64,000 nucleotides of DNA from Magallana gigas. Its lineage: Eukaryota. The stretch is from contig NC_088861.1 in NCBI RefSeq assembly GCF_963853765.1, positions 30,194,001 to 30,258,000 on the forward strand, given 5' to 3'. The position numbers and the translations under genes are program-made. This document shows positions 13,744-32,000 of the stretch, piece after piece. The notes below the pieces were generated by a model. That model saw nothing but the letters and a program-made list of their open reading frames with translations, did no database searches and was not told the origin of the DNA. Numbering within the stretch: the first letter of the stretch is position 1; each line of letters starts with the position of its first letter.

Positions 13744-16700
13744 TTGTTCTGTAATTCAAATCATTTGTGATATATAACAATCTAGATTGGATATATATAA
13801 CAGATATCAAAACATTTTGATTATTGATATCAAAAACGAGAAATTCTGAAAATATAATTACTTGCATAATTCGCTCAATGTTAACGGTGCTACACAGTGA
13901 TATGAAATAGTAAGGACGCAATATTTTTCTTTTGTATAGCATTGAAAACACAGAATTTACTTTTCAGCTTAGATTTATCAACGATCGAGTTACCTTTTCA
14001 TTTTTCGTTGAGATGCATTCCATCCATTTTATTTCCAGTCAATTAAAAGAGTGTATTGTATTTATTTTCATAGTTTATTTATACAAATGTAATGAATTTG
14101 ATTTTTTTTTTCACAATCTTTTTCCGTCCATTGTCACAAACCATGGCAATTATGTACTACGATCCTCTTCCATCTGGAGAGAGAGATATGTAAACTCCGT
14201 CCCAGAAAACTGTTATTTCTTTTAAGCATATATCTTTTTTTAATATTTCACTTTTTTATATACTGTATTTAATTTACAATTTACATTCCATTGTCACCTT
14301 TGTTACAATCCTAAACAGGTTGAATCACCACTTTTTGTTTTATTAAAATAGATGTATAGATATTTTTAGGTAAATTTAATATGAAGACAATTTAGCGTCA
14401 AATTTCACAAACTTTGGCTTTTTTTGTAACTTCCATCTTTCCATCTCAAGTAAATCAAAACTTGCTAAACTCACCATATTTCTTAATCACAAGAGCTTGT
14501 TGACTTTGACAATTGCAAAGATGGAAAATGGTTGGATATTTAAATTAATTTTGATTTGATGCATAAATTGTATGTCGATTTATACATACAATAATGTAAG
14601 GAATAAAGTTGCCTTTCTAGAGCATTTATTGTGTATATGATGTTGAAGTACAAAATTTTATGATGAATATATACATTTAATGACTGAATTTAATTTTAAT
14701 ATGTTTTAAAAAATCGTGTACGTATTCTGTGAAGTCTAGTCCCATATTGTAAAATTAACAAACTTGATTGTCTTAGTTCAGAGAAGTTATTAGCTGTCTC
14801 TACCATGTAAAGATTTGAGGTATGCAATAGACACTTTAAAAACAATATTGTTTCTACTTAGATCATATCTTGTTTGACCTTTTTATCAAAATAATCAACA
14901 ATAATAAACTTGTTTCTTAGGAATTGTTACTATCAGGTCAAGGTCGTTTTAAAAAAAAATGTGACCTTGACATATTTTTATATTTCTGATAAGGTTACAT
15001 GGGCTTGTTTATTTTTTTAAATATGCCCACTATACTAGATAGAAACACTTAATTATCATAAGTTTCATTCAATTATGCAAGAAACAACAAATTTGTGTTT
15101 CTGTACTTGTGCCAATTAGTTCATTGTAGTACATGTAATTCTTTTTTTAATTTTTTTTTTTAGCTTTAAGTACATCTATGTTCATGTGTAGATATCCACA
15201 CTTGTTTTTTGTATTCTCACCAAAAAGTATGAGAGATGTTAAATTTCATTCAAGTTTACAAATTAATTAAGGGATTAAAGATTCCCTTGTTATAGAAATG
15301 TATTCTGGTTTTAAAATGTTACCCTGTTCTCTAGTCTTAAACAAATGCTGAAGGCAAATTCAAAATTGAATTTGGGTCTCATGTGTAATATAATAGGAAG
15401 TATTTTGATTTTTTAAGTGACAGAGAGTTAATATTTCAATTGAATAAAAAAAAAATTATTTATATTTTTGTTTTTTAGAAAAACTGAATGCTTGATTGTG
15501 ATAGATTATATACCTCTCTGAAATACTCAACTTTTAATAGTACTGTCATGTATCTTGTACATTGTATTTAGATTTCAATATATTTGGGTGGGTGATATAG
15601 TGCAATTGAATATCCATTCAATAATTTTCTACTGTCAGCTAATTTGGGGAGTATGGGCCTGGGGGAATATCTATGGAATGGAGTCAATGGATTTGTACCA
15701 AAAAATAAGTGTAAAAGATTTTTGAATTTCTTCCTTTCACAGTAGGTTATTACAGTAATTAAAATAATAAAAGTATATTTAATGGTATGCGAGACTGTAA
15801 ACATGATACTGGGTATCCATTACATTTTTAGCCAATTAAGTCTTGTGAAATGCAATAGGGATAAAGTTATTGCACAGTCAAGACTAGATGACATTATTTA
15901 AGTGAGAATGTATATGTAGAATGTTACTTGACATCTTCAAGCTGTTGTTATATTAATGCACTGTTAGATCGACTTTATGAAATAAAACTTTAAAATAAGT
16001 AATGTGTATGCTTTTGTTTCTTAATAATATTTTCAGTTGGTTTTTTAATGCTTTTAATTAAATATTTTTTCAAACAAGAAAATCATGTTCCTTAATTTCT
16101 ACTTGTAGATCACTGCATCCTTACAGTAAAAAGGTGTTTTTTTTCTGCCTATAACACATTGTACATCCTTATACTTTAATTACAAGTTGCACTTCCAACT
16201 TAAACCTAAGAGTGCATTGCTGCATAGTCCCTGAAATGTTCTACTTTCCCATTTTCGTGCATTCACTTGCGCTCTCTGTTCACTATGCACTCACCGTGCA
16301 TTCAACTTGTGCTCACCGTTCACTTATCATTCACTCAGATAATAATATTTAAGCGGATAACAATACATACATGGAGTTTGTTTCTTATTTTTTTTTCCTG
16401 AATACCGATGATACACAATGTAATGCACGAATGACTTCAGAGACACTCCTATAACTCTGTCCCGAGTTTTTGCTTCCACCACTTTTTGCTTGATATTTCA
16501 ATAATAGTAAATACCTTTGTGCTCAAACTACGTTCATCCACTAATATAAAAAATGTCCAGATTATCTGTTTTGAAACGCCCCCTCTACCGCTTCAGGTTT
16601 CAATACACATCCCGAAATTGAAAGTCTACGGAGATTTTGCATTGCAACAGCCATTAATAAGCCCGGATGATAACGTTAAAAAATTGCGCGATGTATTCCG

Positions 16701-18330
16701 AGTGTATTCCGAATGGAGAAAAGATGTAAACATTCCCCATTATAAATCTCCATAAGGAATCTGTTTTCGTTCCTGTGAATTTTTCTGAGAGGAAAGGGAT
16801 AATTGTTCAATGAAAATATCTTGGATATATTCCCTTTTAACGATTTCAACTGTATTTCTTTCACAGGTATGTGTAATTTTATTAAAAGTCATCAAAAAGC
16901 GATGGAAGCAATAACTTGGGACAGACTATAATTAATTGTTCATCTCGTGTTCATATATCGTTCACCGTTTACTTTGGGCTTGCCTTTGCCTCTAGTTTGC
17001 GCTTTGCGTTTGCTTACCGTTCAGCATGCGCTCACTGTTCAAATGGGAAAGTTAAATGTTTCAGGAACTGTACTATAAAGCAATTACACATGAATCGTAT
17101 ACAGAAAAATATTTGCCCCATTTTGTTTTTACCCCTTTAGCCCTTGTGTCAGCAGGCGAAGTTGGGACTGGGTGAATTCCAATGTCAAAATTATCTCTCT
17201 TTGATCATAACTTTGTCTGGGCAAATTTAAGACCGGTTGAAACCATTTGCAAAACAGCAAAAAAAACACAGGGCAAAAATAACCCAGTATACAGTATGTC
17301 CATGCAAATTTTAACCAGGCCTCATTTGTCACTGCAAGCTATTGATTACAGTAAACAATATGTGGCCTCTATTGTGAGAAGTTGTTACAAACCACCAATA
17401 TTTTTGTTCGTTTACATTTAATTTGTGTCCCCTATATGACTTTTTTTCCTATGTAAATATCAACAACAACAAAAACACAAATTAATTACCATTTTTTCAC
17501 ACATTTATTGCCTTAAGAAGTCTTCATTATTAATTCTGAAGACAGGATTTCATCAATGATAGATATTTAAATAAGACAGAGATGATGAGTGGAATGCTAA
17601 TCCTGTATAAAGTACATATTGTATGATGACTGAACACCTTTACAACACAATGTTAACTTACATGAGTAAGTAGTTAGGAGCATGCAAACACACATATGCA
17701 TATACAAAATATTAGTATGTTAAATAAATAAGTACAGAAAGAGTGTATGGTCATTATTATTATGCCTTCATGATTTAGCACTACACAAGATGTACTACAA
17801 ACACACAATGATCTCGATCTAGCTGCTTAAAGCACTGTTACAATGTATCACATGATTTGCATTAGGCTGAGCGTTCATAGGACATAATTAGGCAATGATT
17901 GTCAATTACATAATTTACATTATGTAGTTAGAAAAAGAAATCTTTAAAAAAAACTATCTTCAAGCCTAACAACACAAAAAAATTCGGACAAAAACAGCAG
18001 CATAGCCCACAATATGATGACCTTAAAAATTAAGTCGATGGCTCTTTTCTACATCCAACAAAATATACAATAACCATATATATTCACTAAGATAAGTAAA
18101 TGATCATTCATAAAACAAGCAAAAATGAGCAAACCAAACAAATGGGGGAAGGGGGGGGGGATGGAGAGAATGACATAAAGTAGAAAAACCTGGTTATGAA
18201 TATACCCAAGCTAGCTCTCAAAGCTAGAACAAAATTGTTCTAATAAAATTTGTTCTTCATGATTCTATGCCGATTGTGTTTATGACAAAACAAATGAGAA
18301 TTTGCCCGTTCTATTACACAGAGATTCTTG

Positions 18331-22383
<4,053 letters not shown>

Positions 22384-22679
22384 TGTAGTTCAACTGTAAA
22401 GAGTGAGGACCATCAATCTTTGTTATGCACTATTATTCAAAACATGCTGTAAACTAAATTTTATTCACTACCATTACTTTATTTCATGATTTACCAAAGG
22501 TAAACTGGTTCAGGGAGACTAATTTTTGCGGTCAGCCTTTAGTTCAGGCGAGCTAAAACAGTTGACACCCATACAAAATGATAATAGCAGTGTCTGCATA
22601 TTAACTTTTAACAGCCCTTGTACACTCACATTGTATAATTAATAAATAAGTTCTGTTTTACCAAAAGGGTAGTCTTAAG

Positions 22680-22902
22680 TACTGTAAATTCCTTATTTTA
22701 CGCGAGTGCTTAATTCCACGATTCTGCTTTTTTGCATCAAATTAAGAGAATATAAAGTCGCGAGCACCATCTTTATTGTTATGACTTCATATAGCGCAAA
22801 ACTGTCTGAAAAATAAGAGTGAGATTTTAAAATCTGTGAGGACAGCATCTCGCAATTTTACGCAAAAATTAATTCCTCACATTTAATAAGGAATTCACAA
22901 TA
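22680..22902. mobile_element. ~220-bp MITE (TA-flanked), copy 2
   Basis: TACTGTAAATTCCTTATTTTACGCGAG ... TAATAAGGAATTCACAATA. Collinear with 13524-13743. Confidence 0.65.
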
Positions 22903-24494
22903 TACAAATTTTAATTTAAAAGTTAAATCTACTGCAGTTTGACATGGGGGACAATACAGAGGTGTCTGTGGATCAGGATATTGGTGAGAGTAGGTCAGCT
23001 GCTTCAGAAGTGATACTTCCTTCATTTGCTACATGGGACAAGGATGTGGTTTCTAATTAAACTCTTCCACCGTGTCCTAACCATTTTTGTTCACGTGTCA
23101 GCTGTTTCCAATAGCAGTTTTATGTTACTCTTTTATATACATCGTGTATTAGTCAGGTCTTATCCCATTGATAAATCACTTGCACTTTTTAATTTTCAAT
23201 ATATTATTTACATGTTTTTTGTGGGGAAACTGACAAATAAAATGACACTGTAAATAAAAACACAACTAAAGATAATTTATATTTGACGTTTGTAGGACAG
23301 AAAAGGGAAACATTGATTTTTTTTTTTCTATTCTACTTAATAGTGAAGTTTACAGACAAAGCCTTCACAAAGACTAAGCCTCTGAACTTCTCTTTAATTA
23401 TGCAGAATACTGGGTGCATTCAGATAGTTCAGCCGTTGGAAGACAAAAGCTGCTATTGGTAAAATTTATTACGGTACCACTGGCATGTCATTGGTATCAA
23501 TTGTTTTTATCAATGGTATATTTTTCTGCAGACAATCTAGAGTGTGGGCCCCGAAAGCATTGGTAAATGACGTCACAACTAATTTTAGACATGACAGCAA
23601 AAACGGAGACATAAGATCACAGTTTTGAGAAACCCATTTTCCCTCTACGATATTTGGGATGCAATTTATGAAGAAATTGTGTCGTTGTATAATTAGGACA
23701 GTAAACAGATTCCACTGGACTCCCATTGGTGACATTTGTAAAATCAGTCACATCTGTATGCCAAACCAGTTCAGGGATTATTGGTACAATTGGCACCGTT
23801 TTCATCCAATTGAACCAATGATATATTAAAATTTGGTACCACTGGTAAAACTACATGTATGAACGCACCGACTATTTTGTTCCAACATGCCCCGCCTCTT
23901 TCCACATGATTGGGATTTCGACATTTTTACATTGCTGCTCATTCTAATTACTTAATAAAACATTAATAAAACACATAGCAGCGTGTCATTTATTGATCGT
24001 TTCTTAAATATGAAATATCGCCTGGGTTTGTCAAAATTTGATATTCTTTGGCGAGAGTACTTCATATAACGTACAGTGCCTACTTTGTTGATATGGTAAT
24101 TAAAAACATAACAACGTGAGTACGCCTCTATGACCTGTCTATAAAACAACCGCAGCTCTCTGAATTGCTTTTAAAGTGAAAATTTATCGAAATGAGAGAC
24201 AATAGCTTCTAACCCTACTAACCTTCAAGTCTCTCGAGCTCTGTCAATATTCACGATCCGTCTAAACAACCCGGCTTTTCTACTCGTGTACCCAAGCCAC
24301 GTGGGTCCCTTAGATCCTTAAAAAAGATGACAAAAAAGTCATACAACAAAAACAACTTGGTGTGTGGTAGATGAAAACAATAGTTTATTACCCTATTGAT
24401 TAGTAATGTTATCAATCAGACTTTATTTAAAGTATTTAAATAGTATTTAAAATATTAAATTTATTAAAAATTTTCATCTCTTTAGAATACATGT

Positions 24495-24507
24495 GCCCGG
24501 CTGGCTC
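24495..24507 (+). tRNA. 5' fragment (nt 1-13) of an interrupted tRNA-Lys(CTT) gene
   Basis: GCCCGGCTGGCTC matches the canonical animal tRNA-Lys(CTT) start GCCCGGCTAGCTC (1 difference). GCCCGGC pairs with GTTGGGC at 37811-37817 (acceptor stem, 2 G-U pairs), and GCTC pairs with GAGC at 37767-37770 (D stem). Confidence 0.85.
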
Positions 24508-26022
24508 TAAGATTCACTCATGAGTCGTGGTTTGGATATCCAATCACATGCAATTCAACCACAAATTTCTTGGTTTGGATATCCAATCACATCCACTTAA
24601 ACCACAAATTCAGGCAGCGTCCGAACCTCAATTTGAGGTTTTTGACCAATCAGAGTTTGTTATTTATCAGCTTCCAAAATAGCATCTTTAATGGTCGCCA
24701 TTGTGTTACAGATGCCCTAGATATTTTGATTTAGTTTATGCAAAGTATAATGGAATAAATTTGCTTATCTCAGGTAAGGTTGCATGTTTTCTTGAGATAT
24801 TTAATTAATTATGTCAAAGAATTGGAAAATGTGTTGGAAATAATAAAAAATATATCAACACCGGTAAAACATGTTTAAAGTGATTTAAGTTAAAAATGCA
24901 GATTTTATGCATAGAATAACATTATTTTGTTGAATTAATTGATGATTGAAATCATTATCTACTGTAAGTAGTTACAGAAATGAGTTGTGGGGGGTGGGGG
25001 TGTTGACAGGTGTTCCACCTTTGATCATTGTCCAAATACTGCATCACATTTAGTTTGTCACAGTATGAGACTGGCCATGTGTGAAAGGTGCAACTGATGG
25101 GGTGCCCTGACATCCCATTGTTAATTCATCATTATCAGTGTACCTGTTAATAAAGTCAGTATACCTATATACCTGTGCAGAATTTGCTAGGCAGGTTGAC
25201 AGTGTGGGGTAGGCCATGTGTGTTTACAAGTATATACCTGGATGTCAGGTGTCATGGTTTGAATCTATATAATATTTGTTTCTTAGGTACCTGCTCACTT
25301 TTCTCCCATCGCTGTATGAAGAGACGTTTTACCGCAAATCACCACTTGATACCTGCACTTTTGCATTGTTTAATTTTCTGGATTTTTATAACAACTTTTT
25401 TTCCGTAAGTATTAATCTGAATTTCATGTATTTAATAGTTTGATTTATTCATATCATTTGTATGTATTAATCTTTGGATCACCCTTACAAAATATATCTA
25501 TATAACATTTTTATATAAAAAAATCATCATAAATCATCTTGACTTTTTCTCAAAACACTATTAAATGGACTTAATGTTTTTAAATTAATCATGTATAGGA
25601 ATAACTTTGAAGCAATAAATTCATTAACAAGTAAATTGTTTGAATTTTTTTGTAATGAAATTATAATGAAGTAATTAGTTAGATTTTCAAGACAAGTGTT
25701 GTTATTACTCTATCATCTTTCTATAGTACTGTATCTGCTATGATGTAAGATGACATTTAAGGACACCGAAAAAATATTTTGGTTTTACTTAAATTTATAC
25801 CGTGTACTTATTTGAAACATAAGTATTTAAAATACAATTCCTTTTATTCAGAGCTTTTTAGATTTTTTATTGAATGTTTCAAAATTTATTTTGAAGTCGC
25901 ATAAGGAAAATTTTTCCGGAAGCATTTTGTTTATCTCCATATTAGGTACATTCATGTGTTTCCGGTCATCATTTTAGAACAAGATAAATTTGATAAAATA
26001 ACAATGATTATTTTTCAGTGTC

Positions 26023-29000
26023 ATGAGTTCCTTAGTGCCCACATTCCAACGATTGCCCTCAGGAATTTTGTCCCTCAGTGACAGTGCTGCTGCGAGAGCC
26101 GTGAAAACGGAACACAGGGAACGGAACCGAGCTGAATCCGAGAGTGTCATCCGGATAAAGACCCAGGCAGAGCGATCCGTAAACGCCTTGGGGGGAGATG
26201 TTAAGAATGTAAAGCATCTGCTCGGACAACATACAATCCAGTTTGGACAGTTTCGGTAATTGGCATTCTATTGTGACAATATTAAGTCAATTAAAGTGCA
26301 TGTACCGGTAATACCGAACAATAATTAATTTCATTAAGATAGAAATAAATGTTAGTTTCTGTTCTTTAACTTTTTGTGATAATTTCATAAACAATCAATC
26401 ATCATCTTGATTTAGTAAAAAATGCCTTTGAATGATTTATTCAAATTAGAAGAATTTTTTTTTATGGTTTTTATTGAGAAAATCTTGTTTTATTTCAGAG
26501 GAATGACATTCAAATGGCTGCTTGAAAATGCTCCGGGGTGGGTTGCGTTTTTGATTGCCAGGGATGAAACTTCCGGAGAGACCCAGGGTGTTGGCAATAG
26601 ATGGCTTAACAAGATGGCCCTCCGAAGATATGTCTATCTGTTTGAAGAGAGCAAGGAATTAGTGAGGATGAAAAGAGAAGAAAAACAGAGAAGGACACCT
26701 GGTGCGTTCGAATATTAAAATAAGATATGTTTAACATGTTTAATCCTTAGGACTGAAATACATGTATTAAGTTTTTGATACTTCATATTGAAGCTAATTA
26801 TTAATTGCATTTTAGGGAATCAGAAGCCAAGTTCAGAGACCAGAACCCTTGATGTTCATGTTGATGACTCTGAACTGATAGCATGCTTAGAGGAAGTGGA
26901 AGGCAAAGCTGGCAAAGGTGAGGACTACATGTCAATTACATGTCTTACTCTTTCAGAAAATCTGCTAAAAAATGAGAGGCTATTTATTTTGTCTGTCAAC
27001 ATTTAAAAAGCAATTTGAATTTTTCAAACAATAGTGTATTAAAATATAGGGTTTGTTATGTTTGTTATAATAGTTTTGATATTAAAATTTATCTTCGAAT
27101 AACAGAATCTTCCTACATACTGGTCTTCATCAGTAAGTATATGAGGGTAATTTGTCTGTTATATATTATCAAGTGGGCTTGTTGTACTGTGTGGTTATGG
27201 CGAGTAAATATAGAGTGGCTATATGTGGTGTCTGTCTCCTTTTACATTTGTTTTGCACTTGTGAAATCAATCATAATCACAGTGTAATCCTTCATACATG
27301 TAACATCAAAATGTAATCATTTCTGTATATAGTGTATCATTACTTTATGGAAATGTATCAGATTTTCATTTTATTTTTATTCTATTCTTCTAATTACAAC
27401 GAGAGAAAATGTGTATTCATCTAAGCATTGTTTTTGTTTCTTATACGAAATCGTGCTTATAATATGGCTATTATTGTAAATTGTTTAAAATTCTTACATG
27501 TTGAATATTAAGTCATGTTGTAAATTACATAACAACAGGAATCCCAAAGCCTACGCCAAATCTTGCATCGGCTGTTAGGAGGAAATCATCTACATCTACT
27601 TCTACATCTGGTAATATTTTAATACCAAAATACATATCCTAATAAGAAACAAAAATATTTACTTTCCTGTCTGCAGCAACATTTTATAACACTTGAATAT
27701 CAAATATGGATTAACATTTTATTTTAGAAGATTCCGGTTCCTCCAGGCCGACTAGTAGTACTTCAGCTGCCATGGTTGGAAGAAATCAGCAGCAAGAGTC
27801 AAGTTCATCCACAGGTTAGCCAAATTACTTTAATGTGGTAAAAATACAATTAAAAAAATATCTAAAACTTTGAATGTGTATTTTACACTTTAATTTCTAA
27901 AAGTTTCTTATCCGAAGATATGACATGTGAACATTGGTATGAATGTAATTGCATGTTAAATGATTTTGTTCCAGCACCGGAGTTGGATAGCCTAGCACTT
28001 CCTTCTGGCTGGAAAAAGACGCTTCCTGAAGTTGACCATCAGTGGATATCGGAGACCTTCTTTCATGCTGGGAAGCGAGGTCCTGAATTTGATTTCAGCC
28101 GTGTGTCAAAGCTATGGTACGATCCACCCCAGCCAAGTCTGTCCCGAGCTGTCTTGAACAAGCCGGACCGATACTTTGGACATCGTTTCTTTCTTTGGAT
28201 GCCACGCCACTTGTTCCATACGCAGTTTCACTGCCCCCATAGTGGTTGTAACGGAACGTTGACAAATGCAGGCGTCCATCAGAAAACCAGGCGTGTTGTG
28301 GATGTAGATTCTGTCTACAATATAGCAGCTGAATATCTTAGCTGTTCCAACTGCCATAAGAAGGGTATGCCTTTCAATTTTTTTAAATCAGGAATTTAAA
28401 CCTTTTTTGACATACTGTCAATGAAATAAAGAATATGATAGGGTATGAACATGTTTTTGTGATATCAGTAAATATTTTAAATTTTTTTTTTTTCACAGTT
28501 ATTAGTTGGAGTGAGGGAGTTCTTAACCAACTGGACAATGCAACAAGGTCCCGCTTTCCTTGCATCCTTACCTCGAAGTATGCCTGCGATTTGAAGATTG
28601 TACGCCTTCTGAGACAGAGAGGACTTGGAAACAGCAGCAGCGCAGTGATGAAACAGGTAAGGGAACAACATGGTGAGTCTTATCTAAATAATTTACAATT
28701 GTATCTATCTCATTGCAGGGACTTTAAGACATCGGCAGAGAGGGGATTCTTTGCTCCGATTCAGTTTAGTGAGCCTCCTCCAGCTGCCGCTGTACCAAGA
28801 CACCGCTGGTTCATGAAGGTCTACCAGATAGATGTTCTGAACCGCGTTGATTACATCAAAGCCCACATGACGTCACAGTTTGGGACCGTCCTCAAGATGG
28901 ACTCAACAAAGAAAATCACCAACAAGCTTGCCGGTAGGTTTTTCGATAAGAAAATATATGTTAATGAGTTATATATTGTTGGAGGTAAAGTGAAGTATTT

Positions 29001-32000
29001 TTTCACATTAATGCATTTAAAAGATTGTTGGAGGTAAAGTGAAGTATTTTTTCACATTAATGCATTTAAAAGAAGTTTATGAGATACTTACTACATGTAA
29101 TATGTAAAATTATGCATGTTCTCAATATAATACTAAAATAGCATTGAATTATGTTCAGGGGATAATGATTGCCATTTATTTGATAGGAAAGGGGAGGAAG
29201 ACAGCAATGTGGGCCACCAACATTGGTAATGAGCATGGACAAGTCCTCATGTCTGTCTTGACTGTCGGTGAGGGATCAGGTTTGAAGCAGATGTTGGATG
29301 GCCTTGTTACACGGTACAGAAATGCTGGCGTTCCTCCTCCCAAGGCACTCTATGTTGACCGTGACTGCTGCGGAGCTTCATCTGTGCATAAGTACTTGGA
29401 GGCCTGGCCCTTTCTTCATATCAGGTGTGTATGATTTCTCTTGCTCTTACATGTATAATATAGATGGCTTCAGGTATAGCACTATGAGTCTTACATTTTA
29501 TTGCCAATGTTTTTTAGGTTGGATATATGGCACTTCATGCGCCGCTTTCCCTATGGCTGCACCACTGATAAGCATCAACTGTACAGTGTTTTAATGGGGA
29601 AGTTGAGCCAGTGCATCTTCAAGTGGGATGAGACTGATCTCAACTTACTGAAGACTGCTAAGCGAGCCGAGATGATTCAGCAGTGCATCCAAAATCCCTC
29701 AGAGGATGATGTCATAAGACGCTTGTCTACAGCTGAGCTTGCACTCCACTGCAAGCGAGTGACCCGCGGCACTGCTGAAACAACTAGGCTCATATCCAGC
29801 CTGTTAGAATCCCTAGATGGCCCCAGAGGTTTTGATACCCAGGGAGTGCCTTTGTTTGACAGTGAGAAGATCCAGCAGATCTGGAAGATACAGAGTCAGC
29901 ATGTATCTTGCATCCAGGATCCCCCTGGTCTTAGACTCTACACACAGGTGAACACTTTGAAGAAAGGCGGCATTGAACTTCCTGTTTACAGATGTGCAAG
30001 AGGCTCCACCTCTCTGGAAAGCTTTCATCTCCATATGAACAGGTTTATTCCAGGTAAGAACAGATTCAACACAATACTTTTCATTAATATGAACATTTTT
30101 TTTATTCAATGTTATAAAGATCAAACACCTATAATTGTCATTGAAATTTATTTAATTATTCAAATATTTTTATAGGAACCCTGGCAAAGGACATCAATTT
30201 CCAGGTATTCCTATTGGATGGTCTGTTCAGATGGAATTCTGACCGGAAGAGTTCAGCAGTAGTTGATGTCAAAGAAGACGCCCCAATGACATACAGTGGA
30301 CCGCTCAAGAACTCTGTTAACAAGTTGGCAAATGAGGTCTTGGGCAGAGGAATCTTTGACGACTACAAGCCACCTGGAAAATACACGGGTAGGTGAGCTA
30401 TAGGTATTTTTTAGACAAGAAATCTTACATTTCATTTTATACAATTTTCAACTGAATCTTTCTACCCTCACCAGGAGAGCTGATAGGAATAGAGTACCTC
30501 TACTCCCAAACAGGAGAAGGTGTGACTGACTACAGAGAGGCCGTCCGGATACTCGCTGATGATGCCGATGTGGAGGAGGAAAACCCAGAGCATTCTGAAG
30601 CAGATGAAGGATTCCATGAACAACAAGAGGAGATGTTGGATCCCACACTGCCTGTAGAGTTAAGTGTGGATCCTGTAGAGTTAGGTGTGGATCCTGTCAC
30701 ACCAACTTGTACATCTACTTCTGCTTCTCCTGCCCTCCTTAACATCCCGTCAGTAGCTGAGTATAGACAGATGATGGCCCAGTCAGATCCAGGTAATAGG
30801 AGCTTTAAATTAAAATAAGCATGAGAAACAATTTATGCAGTAATTCATAATTTGGAAAAAAAAAGTTTACATGACTGGCTGCAACATTACAGTACCTAAT
30901 GTCTTTTTCTTTTCAGTTGAGGTACCTACTCATCACTATGAGGCTGAGACAGATAAAAGCAAAGATGCAGACTCTGGTGATGTAAGTGATTGCAGATTAA
31001 AAGATATTAGTGACATGAATGACAGCAAAAAATTGAATGATAGTAAAAGTGAAATGTACTTATAACTTAAATATATTTACATGTGTGCTTTTTTTTTTTA
31101 TAACTTTTATATTATAATCACTCTTGAGATTACTTTTAACAGTTTTATTAATTTTCATAGATTTTTATCTATCCACTCTTTAGAATACTTCTAACATTTC
31201 TTTAAAAAAAATTTATTTAAAGGACACAGTTGGTCCAGACAATGTACCTGGATATTCAAGAGTGCTGGCTTTAGCAGACTTTCTGGTAACCTTCAAGGAT
31301 AAGGCAGCTATGACTTCAGCTGAAGTCCAGAAGCTGAAAGATCTGTGGTCAGCACTCTCAGAGTATGACAGGAAGAGGACTGTGTTCCCTCAGCGATTCT
31401 CCACTGCACCTCTCGGACGTTTCTGTAGCAAAAGAAAGAAAGTTGCACCAGGAGTTGAAAGTATTGAGAAGTTAGTAAATGCACTTTTGGAAGTATGGGT
31501 CCTTTTGTAAAGAATAGGCAGTAACAATATTATGAAACCTGAAAAATCAAAACACTTGATGCTATGTTAAGTTGTACACTAAGTTTTGCTGTGTTTTTTT
31601 TTTAGGGTTATTCTTGGTCCAAACCAAGGTCCAGCACAGTGGCCTAACTGCAATCGATACACAGAGGCCACTGTTGAAAAACTTCTGCAGATCTATCCAA
31701 GTGATAGAAGGAGGAAGGGGGAGGCGGTTCTCACAAAATGGTCACTCATCCTGGATGCATATCATACCATCAGGAAGACCATTTTGAACAACCATAGAGC
31801 CATGTCAGTTACAGACATCCAACTTCCTCTTTTAAACAGGAAGACTCTCCAACAGTGGTGAGTCGATTAATACATATTTACATTTGCAAAAATGCTTCCT
31901 AAATTTGTTGATTTCATCACTATGATTACAGTACGAGCTTATCGCTTGATGTTTGCAATGTTGTAAACATTAAAAACACGGTTATTTTAATATTTCTGAT

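Noticed and set aside
28976-29073. 49-bp tandem duplication in transposase intron 7 (and a ~65-bp degenerate triplet at about 6644-6830)
   Set aside because: Ordinary intronic slippage repeats that do not affect splice sites.
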